A stretch of DNA of 64,000 bases from the NCBI GenBank assembly GCA_002269645.1, contig NIVC01002250.1, positions 84,133 to 148,132 on the forward strand, read 5' to 3'. Shown in pieces: positions 55,521 to 64,000 of the stretch. Under the pieces are notes generated by a model. It was not told the origin of the DNA. It was given only the letters and a program-made list of their open reading frames with translations, and made no database searches. Each line of letters starts with the position of its first letter. The stretch's first letter is position 1. Made by a program: the position numbers and the translations under genes. The DNA comes from Macrostomum lignano. Its lineage: Eukaryota.

Positions 55521-56243
55521 TAGTAGCACTCATTTCTGATATCAATGGATCTTGTGATTTTACACTGTATCTTCACATTTATGTTATTACTAGCTCCAAC
55601 ATTACTTGACTTAAACAAGCAGCTAGTCTGTACAGGCAGGCACATTTTCTCGATAATGAACAGATGACGTGGCATGCTTTGACAATCAATTTCAAGGATA
55701 CGATTTACTTCTGAATTGAAGCCCAAAATAAATGCATATCAATTATTCTTGTCATTAAGCTAGCTATATATCTAATGCTTCAAAGGTGGCAGGTGTTTAA
55801 AATTAATGCTTTTTGTCTCATAGATTCGTGCTTAGTTTAGCGGGCTGCTTGGTAGGTGCTCTGTGTGCCATTTCTCAGAATCACAGAGTTCAAAAATAGA
55901 ATAAAATTCTGGAAAACTGTGCTCATCATTTTTTGAAAAATTCCATATATGGCCAGTAAAATGGGTCTATTTAGAGAGAGCGTGGCTGTAGTTGCACACA
56001 CCTGCAAAAAGTGTTTGAATTTGCCTGTGTATCATTGGAAGCAATCAGTGGCAGAAGGGACCTTCATAACGATAGCAACACCGTTCATAAAATTTAAAAT
56101 ACAAGCCATACGGTACTGACATCAAGGACGGAATTCTAATTAAACTTTTAAGTAATCCCAAAGTAAAACAATGCAGCATACAGCGATAATTATAAATATG
56201 ATCTCTTAAAAATCAGTTCTTTAGTAATTCGAGTCTGCTTCGC

Positions 56244-59200
56244 TCACTGCTTTTTTTGCCCAACGACCGGCAGAAATTTCTCCGCCTCTGCAGGCGGCGC
56301 AACCGCCTGGTCAGTCCGGTTCGCCGTCTGCCGCCTCGGTGGCGCCTCGTCCATCGCCAGATCGTCGGCCTCGTCTCTTTTATCAATCTCGTCAGCGTCG
56401 TCGTCGACAACGCCGCAGCATTTCTGGCGCACCAGCCGGACTGCCAGCCACAGTAGCAGCGGCAGCGGCGTGAAAGTCAAGGCCGCGACCGGGCCGACAA
56501 GGCTCAAGTCAGCGTCCGGCTGCGGCAGCGACGTCTGCAGCATGAGAATCGGCAGGCCGGCGTTCTGGATCATCGTCTCTAGCCCGATTGTGACAACTCG
56601 CCGATAGCCCTGCCGGATGGTGGTGTTAGGAAGGTCAAATATCACAGACTCAGGGGAGCTGGATCGCTTGAACAACCTCCTAAGTTCTTCTGGTCGAAGA
56701 CGTCGCGAATTTTTTCATATTATAGTTCAACTAGCATGCCGTCCGTGAATGGTTTTAGCCATTGGCTGTGGCAAAATATCCATGGACAATGGAGACATGC
56801 AGGGTATCAATTTAGGCTCGCACACACTGCTATCAAGACAGACCAGAATGTGCATTAGCTGGTATCTCAGGGTAGAGCAGTTCAGCAGTAAACGCGTCTA
56901 ATTTTCACGCCGCCACCCCTGTTTCATTTCGGGCGTGGTGCACGAAAATTGGTCGAGGGGTTGTCGTGCGATTCACAGCCATGAGATGAGGGCCAGCCCC
57001 CAAGGCACAGTGAAGTGTACATGCCTGACGATTAGACAGTCAGTGCCGCTGTACACCCTGTGTGAGCGTGTGTACGAGTGCGTGCCTGAGTACAGTATTG
57101 GCTCATGAGTTATTTGTGCTCAAGAGTCTGCGGTCAAGCGGCCAAGGGGACCCACAACCTTTCTGCAAATAGTTATAGCTTCACGTAGCCTTGATCAGTC
57201 GTAATTCTGGGTGAGATTTTCTTGTTACGAGCTAATTTGATGGCAGTGTGTGCGAGTAGACATTTTCAGCATTGTCCAACTGCCAACTAGATGAACATTA
57301 GTTAAAAGATTTTCTGAATCATGAAAGGCACCGAACCTGGCAGAACACTGTAGCCATCAGTGCGCCAAAGATGAAGCCGAGATAGGGCAGGCAGCATCCG
57401 GCCAGAATCATAGCCGGCGTGAACAGCTTCAAGATGTAGGCGTTGGCGTAGAACCCAACGGTGAACATGAACAGGATGAAGCAGATCAGCATCGGTTTCA
57501 GGATGCGCCGGATGAACCTGTCCAGCCTGGGCAGTTGGCGTTGGATAGCGAATCCAATTGCGGTTGGCACTATGATCAGGACCAGGGTGAGCAGGATACT
57601 CCAATACGGGATGCGGATGTTGATGTCCCGCGACTTCAGCACCTGCTGGCCGAGGGTGAATATGTACAACGGCACCATGCCTGCTCGGATGAAGTTCGGG
57701 TTAGTGAATCTTGGAGTTAATTGCACAGAAATCGTTCGTGCTTATCTATGCCAAACTAACAATAGTCTGTGCACTTTAAGACAGCCAAAAAATGTTTGTT
57801 ATAGTTAGCCAAGGCGTGTTGAAACGGGGTAAAATGCACAACAGCCCCTGAGAATATTGGGGTCAGCCCTTCAATAAATACTTCAATAAACTTCAATAAA
57901 TAAAAAACTCGTATGCATATACTCGTAAGTATCTATAGTTAATGTTTTTATAACTTGTATATTTCGAAAGTAAAGCTTAGTCAGGGAAGCCTCTATGGTC
58001 GCTGCGCAGCCACTATAGAGGGGTTGCTTTCACAACCGCGAAACTTCACAACCGCTAAATCACCTACTTTCACAACCGCGAAACTTCACAACCGCGAAAC
58101 TTCACAACCGCTAAATCACCTACTTTCACAACCGCGAAACTTCACAACCGCGAAACTTCACAACCGCTAAATCACCTACTTTCACAACCGCGAAACTTCA
58201 CAACCGCAAAACTTCATAACCGCTAAAAAGACTGTTGTATATGAAAGTAAGTGCAAAAATTTTAGCGGTTGTGAAGTTTCGCGTTATGAAGTTTCACGGT
58301 TGTGAAAGTAGATACATTTAGCGGTTGTGAAGTTTCGCATTTGTGAAACCCACCCCTATAGAGGCTTCCCTGACTTAGTACTGCTTAATAATGCTTAGTA
58401 TCAGTTATTACTATTTTTTCGATTCACAAAATAAGGAGTTTTGGCCATACACAATTTCATTTCAATAGATTTCATTCTTACTTTCGTTCTACAGAGTGCT
58501 GGTGTGAAAATGTGGGGGGGGGGCTGACCCGTGGATGAAGGAATAGAAGGGATCGCTCATCGGAAAGCGAGTCAAGGCTTCCTAAAAATTGGGATATCCC
58601 CCCATGAATTTCATTGCATAGCTGCTGGAATTTAATAATAGCCCCCCCCCCCTAAGTTCTTAATGACTGAAGATTGTACGCGGGGGAAATTCACTATTAA
58701 CGCGCGTGCTAGGCTGTAGCATTGACATAGATAACCTTTTCTCTTGTTTCAAATACTAAGTTCTTTCCTTAAACCGTCGTGGCCCAGAAGAACAAATCAG
58801 TTGTAGATTTCTAACGTTAATCGTGACTTTGGAATTTCCCCCACGTACAAGCTTCAGCCAGTAAGAACTTGGGGGAGACTATAATTAAATTCCAGAAGCC
58901 AATAAAATCATGGGGGGGGGAATATCCCAATTTTTAGAAAGTCTTGGCCATAGACTCGCTTTCAGATGAGCGATCCTTTCTACCCCTTCATCCATGGGCT
59001 GACCCCGCTTTCTTCTGACTTTGCCATAGACATTCTCAGCGGGCCGTGAAACCGACTGAATGCTTTGGAGTAAATGGGATTTTACCATAGACAGTCTCAG
59101 CGGACCGTGAAACGCGGTCTCACGCGCGCTAACAATGACACAAATATGGATGGGCGGCAGAGGGCAGAAACGAACCATAACGCCGAGGCGCTAGGATGGT

Positions 59201-62200
59201 ATATTCTGACATCTTTGCTTCTAGTAAACTGAGAACAAAACGGAGAAAGCAGAAAATATAAGAGATAAGACCCATGGATCATCCCCCCGATTTGATTAGA
59301 GAAATTGCTTCTAGCGGAAGTTCAAAAGCTTAATTGATTAAAGCAACCGCATTTGGCGGTTGGATTTTTCTGACCATAATATCCCAGATTTTTAGCAGTG
59401 TTTACCAAGGCAGAACAGATTTCTACAACAAAACAACATGAATTCATGTCATTACTTAGGGATATTAAAAACATCTTTTTGTATAAATAAAACAAAACGA
59501 ATCTTTCTACATGTAGCAATTGAAGCGCACAATCGGACGAAACATTTTTGGGCTAAATGCGAACGGTTACAAAACAAAGAAACCAAACGCTTATGAGTTC
59601 CTACTAAAAGACTGCAAGTGGATTATTGAATTTTTCAAGTGAACTTTCGTGTGTTTTCAAAGGCTCCAGTACTTTCTAAAAATAATTGAAAACAGAGAAA
59701 CAACAGCGATGCCCTAAAGAGCAGGTAATTTAGCAGGATTGATGGGCCGCGGTTTGCACACGAGGCTTGAAAGCCTTGAACTCACGTTTTTCACTTATAA
59801 AGTTTTGAAAATTAAACTTCAAGCATCGAGCTTCGATTCTCGAAAACAGAAGATAATACCACTGCCACTGGCTTTGAGAAATTGAGTATAATAGTTGGAT
59901 TATATACACCTGGCTCTCTGAGTTGGATTATATACACCTGACTCTCTGAGTTGGATTATATACACCTGGCTCTCTGAGTTGGATTATATACACCTGGCTC
60001 TCTGAGTTGGATTATATACACCTGACTCTCTGAGTTGGATTATATACACCTGGCTCTCTGAGTTGGATTATATACACCTGACTCTCTGAGTTGGATTATA
60101 TACACCTGACTCTCTGAGTTGGATTATATACACCTGACTCTCTGAGTTGGATTATATACACCTGACTCTCTGAGTTGGATTATATACACCTGACTCTCTG
60201 AGTTGGATTATATACACCTGGCTCTCTGAGTTGGATTATATACACCTGACTCTCTGAGTTGGATTATATACACCTGACTCTCTGAGTTGGATTATATACA
60301 CCTGACTCTCTGAGTTGGATTATATACACCTGGACTCTCTGAGTTGGATTATATACACCTGGACTCTCTGAGTTGGATTATATACACCTGACTCTCTGAG
60401 TTGGATTATACACCTGGCTCTCTGAGTTGGATTATATACACCTGGCTCTCTGAGTTGGATTATATACACCTGGACTCTCTGAGTTGGATTATATACACCT
60501 GGACTCTCTGAGTTGGATTATATACACCTGACTCTCTGAGTTGGATTATACACCTGGCTCTCTGAGTTGGATTATATACACCTGACTCTCTGAGTTGGAT
60601 TATACACCTGGCTCTCTGAGTTGGATTATACACCTGGCTCTCTGAGTTGGATTATATACACCTGACTCTCTGAGTTGGATTATACACCTGGCTCTCTGAG
60701 TTGGATTATATACACCTGACTCTCTGAGTTGGATTATATACACCTTGACTCTCTGGGCCGGATTATATACACCTGACTCTGAGTTTGACATACTTAGAGT
60801 TTGACATACACCTGACTCTGAGTTTGACATACATCTGACTCTGAGTTTGACATACATCTGACTCTGAGTTTGACATACATCTGACTCTGAGTTTGACATA
60901 CATCTGACTCTGAGTTTGACATACACCTGACTCTGAGTTTGACATAAACCTGACTCAGAGTTTCACATACATCTGACTCTGAGTTTGACATACACCTGAC
61001 TCTGAGTTTGACATACACCTGACTCAGAGTTCGACATAAACCTGACTCAGAGTTTCACATACATCTGACTCTGAGTTTGACATACATCTGACTCTGAGTT
61101 TGACATACATCTGACTCTGAGTTTGACATACATCTGACTCTGAGTTTGACATACATCTGACTCTGAGTTTGACATACACCTGACTCTGAGTTTGACATAA
61201 ACCTGACTCAGAGTTTCACATACATCTGACTCTGAGTTTGACATACACCTGACTCTGAGTTTGACATACACCTGACTCAGAGTTCGACATAAACCTGACT
61301 CAGAGTTTCACATACATCTGACTCTGAGTTTGACATACATCTGACTCTGAGTTTGACATACATCTGACTCTGAGTTTGACATACATCTGACTCTGATTTG
61401 GCCCCGTATGAGTCGTAATTTCGAATTTTAGCTCGATTGGAAACGTGGTTTATTGTTAATTTTATTATACTCGTATAAATTGCCGTAGAAGTAACTTTTT
61501 TATCTGGTTTGGCCTATATTGTCTACTTGAACATGCAGTAGCACAGAGTGCGAATAATTCACTTGCTTGCTCACCCAGCGCGGTAATGGTGCTAAGCAGC
61601 GTCATCGTGACGCTGAGCGATACGTCTCCGCCGAGTAGGAGGCAGTAAAAGTTGCTGGCGCCGCCTCCGGGAGAGCAGCCCATGCCGAAGTAGCCGAGAG
61701 CCGTGCTGGGCGGGATTTCAATCACTAGGAGGACGCAGTAGGATATCTGTGGAGTTTAAGTTTGATTCAAATGTAAATTTTCAATTAAGGATCACTGCAG
61801 TATCGTGTAATTTTTGGAGGCCAATTTCCAGGAAAAAGTACACTGCGGAAAAGTGAAAAAATCATTTTTATTCGCAAAATCACAAATTGCATTTGATCTG
61901 GGAAATTGAAGATTACCATTTATTCAATTCAGCATGGACAAAATGCTACTCTGTTTAATTTTATATAGCTGTGTGGTGAAAGTCTCATTTTTATATTGTT
62001 TTCTTTTTATTTCATAAGCCCAAGTTGTAAATACTCACAAGTGGCGTTATAGTTAGCTTTTTGTTTTTGTTCCGTCTTGAATCAAGCATATTTGTAATAA
62101 AAATGTTAAATATTAAATAAGAATGGTACTCTTAAGTCATGACTCGTACATTGCAGGTATATTGTAAATTATATGAAAATGAAACTTTCTCTACACAAGC

Positions 62201-63313
62201 TATTGAAGGCATCTGAAGGCTGCGTACGGCTGTTCAATCCAAGGACTGGAGGTCGCCACAGACACCCTCAATTACCCCAGCTAATGCCAATGATGCAATT
62301 CAGAGAGTTAAATGTCTTTTTCAAGGGCACAAATTGTTCCAGTGCGATCGGGAATCGAACCACCGGCCTTTTAGTCGTCAGTCCGACGCTCCAACCACAG
62401 GCCTACAACCCCTTTAAACATCGTCCAAAAAAGGACAAGTAATCACATGCCAAACATTCCCGAGCTTGGCCAGGTCAACTCATGCAGAAACTCTTCAAAA
62501 AAGACACACGCATACCATAGGCATGAAGAGAAACTGTGACACCAAGCCGATGACCGGGGCAACAGGCCGGCGCAGCACATTCTTCACCACCGTCAGGTCC
62601 ATCTCGCAGCCGATCCCGATGCTAGCCACCAGCACAAAGATCCACACCACTACGCGGAAGATCTTGTCTACTAGGCGGAGATAGCGCACAACTGACACTC
62701 TGAACTTCAGCTCGGTGCCTTCGGCGGCTGTCAGGCGCTGCACAGCCGTACCATTGCTGCCAGCGGCCGGGGCGGTCAGCTCCAACTGTAGCTCCGTTCG
62801 ACCCAGGAAGAGGCCTCGCAGCTGGAGCCGGTGGCCAAGCCGCGGATACGGCGGTGTTGGCTTCTCTGTCTCTGAGCTGGAATTGTCTCGCATCTTCTGC
62901 AGCCACCGGAGGACATCCGGCGAGGGCTGGTGATCTCGCTGGAGCATCAGCGCCCAGTTTTCCACTGGCAAGAGTTCTGCCACTTCAGGATCGGCTACTG
63001 AGAAGGTCGCATTGATATCCACTGCCGAGTTCAGCGAATAGTCAAATGTCAAGTTGACGGTTTGCCCTTCCACTATGCTGTACAAGTTGGGTCCGGGAAA
63101 GAAGTACAAGGTTAGGTTGGCTGACGCGGTGTCCTGATCACTGCCGCCACTGGTATTGGCTGGCAGAAGACGCAAATTGTGCACAGACAGCTGCATTGTA
63201 GTCTTCTGCTCCCTAGCCAAGGAGAATGCCTGGACTACCGAGTAATTGCTGGAGCACAGGAAAGTGAAGAATACCATTAGCGGAAAGTATCGATGCAGCG
63301 GGTGACTCAACAT
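56244..63313 (-). CDS. SLC10-family sodium/bile-acid cotransporter with a long N-terminal extracellular region, 4 exons (63313-62516, 61746-61575, 57680-57337, 56609-56244), about 559 aa
   Basis: SBF motifs IGIGCEMD, RPVAPVIGLVSQFLFMP, GCSPGGGASN, DVSLSVTMT and IGLETMIQNAG. GT-AG introns in phases 0,1,0; total 1680 nt. The subfamily cannot be fixed by eye. Confidence 0.92.
56855..57170 (+). mobile_element. Diverged second copy of the SINE family seen at 16979-17341
   Basis: Shares CCCCCAAGGCACAGTGAAGTGTACATGCCT.ACGAT and GCCGCTGTA.AC.CCTGTGTGAG with the first copy, plus similar 3' GCCA.GG...CACAACC. A tRNA-like start (GGTATCTCAGGGTAGAGCAG) is weak, and boundaries are approximate. Confidence 0.65.
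57980..58374. mobile_element. MITE of 395 bp with 17-bp TIRs and a TTA target duplication (PIF/Harbinger-like), in SLC10 intron 2
   Basis: GTCAGGGAAGCCTCTAT ... ATAGAGGCTTCCCTGAC, flanked by TTA on both sides. Internal CACAACCGCGAAACTT tandem repeats occur in opposite orientation near each end. Confidence 0.8.
58518..59006. mobile_element. Foldback/MITE-like element with inverted arms of about 145 bp (58518-58662 and 58862-59006)
   Basis: GGATGAAGG..GATCGCTCATC.GAAAGCGAGTC..CTAAAAATTGGGATAT..TAAGTTCTTA is matched in reverse complement across a 200-nt spacer. Confidence 0.72.
59890..60770. repeat. 28-nt minisatellite (CTCTGAGTTGGATTATATACACCTGACT)
   Basis: Period 28 checked at 59944/59972; lies in SLC10 intron 2. 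Confidence 0.96.
60771..61397. repeat. 23-nt minisatellite (CTGACTCTGAGTTTGACATACAT) with a 253-nt higher-order period
   Basis: Period 23 checked at 60904/60927. The near-identical spurious ORFs at 60794..61018 and 61047..61271 are offset by 253 = 11 x 23. Confidence 0.93.
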
Positions 63314-64000
63314 GCCGAACCGTTTGAAATCCTAGCTGCTGTGACTGCACTGTAGTGACTTTTAAGCTTAGTTTTGAGCTTACTCCCTGCAATATTAACT
63401 CGGAAACCATTTGAGCAGTATCATATGAAGGGAGACGCAGAATAGCGTTCAGAGTCGTCTTATCAGGGCGTGAAGGGTGAGCACTCCGCTATATTCAACT
63501 GAGCAGTGTATTCTGCTAGTAAAGAAGAGTGCTCTCAGATTAATTTGAAGCCGAAACAGAGAATAAGGGACTGTAAAAGCAGAACGTCACACAAAATCTG
63601 AATGTGATCTTATCTAAAATATTGAGAACTGAGAAGATTTATAAGCACGAACTATTCTCTCGATAGCTACATGCATATGCACATGTTAGATTGACAAGCT
63701 TTTGGCTGCAGATGGAAGCCAGAAATTCACAACAACAACATGCAGCGACTCAGAGCGCGCGACTCAGAGCGTTTTGGCGTGAACGTAGACCGCTATACGG
63801 GCCGACCGAATCCAGCCCGAATTTAAACAATTAAGGCATTTATAGCGACTGACATCAATGGCTAAATGCTTACATAGGAGCAAAATAAGTGTTGAATGAG
63901 GCAATATTTCAGAGATATCGTGGAAACTTAACTATTTTATTTTCATTTCTGCAACAGGTATTCATCTGCTCATTTTTTTTTCCCGATCCCAAATCGAAGT

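Overview
This is eukaryotic (metazoan) genomic DNA with GT-AG introns, not prokaryotic. I found no CRISPR arrays and no rRNA or true tRNA genes. The dense intronic minisatellites, long (GATA)n tracts, GC-rich exons and poly-Ala/poly-Gln runs suggest a free-living flatworm such as Macrostomum, but that is inference only. Six spliced genes could be rebuilt by hand with consistent intron phases: a POGZ/ZNF280-like zinc-finger gene (-), glycogen phosphorylase (-), a RING/TRAF-zinc-finger protein with an unassigned tandem Cys-rich module (+), an Ack/TNK2-like tyrosine kinase (+), a rhodopsin-class orphan GPCR (+) and an SLC10 sodium/bile-acid symporter (-). There is also an orphan last exon of an aquaporin and a decayed M13 (neprilysin-like) gene split by a GATA array. 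Mobile DNA comprises RTE LINE, BEL/Pao and Ty3/Gypsy relics, a tRNA-derived SINE (two copies), two MITEs with TIRs and TSDs, and several foldback palindromes. About 20 tandem arrays are present; most long ORFs in the supplied track are translations of these. The most unusual observations are a duplicated splice acceptor plus exon start inside the phosphorylase gene, a 46-bp intronic hairpin that pairs fully only on the transcribed strand, the unassigned Cys-rich E3-like module, and related minisatellites at distant sites. I found no clear-cut novel multi-gene system. All coordinates were counted by hand and may be off by a few bases.
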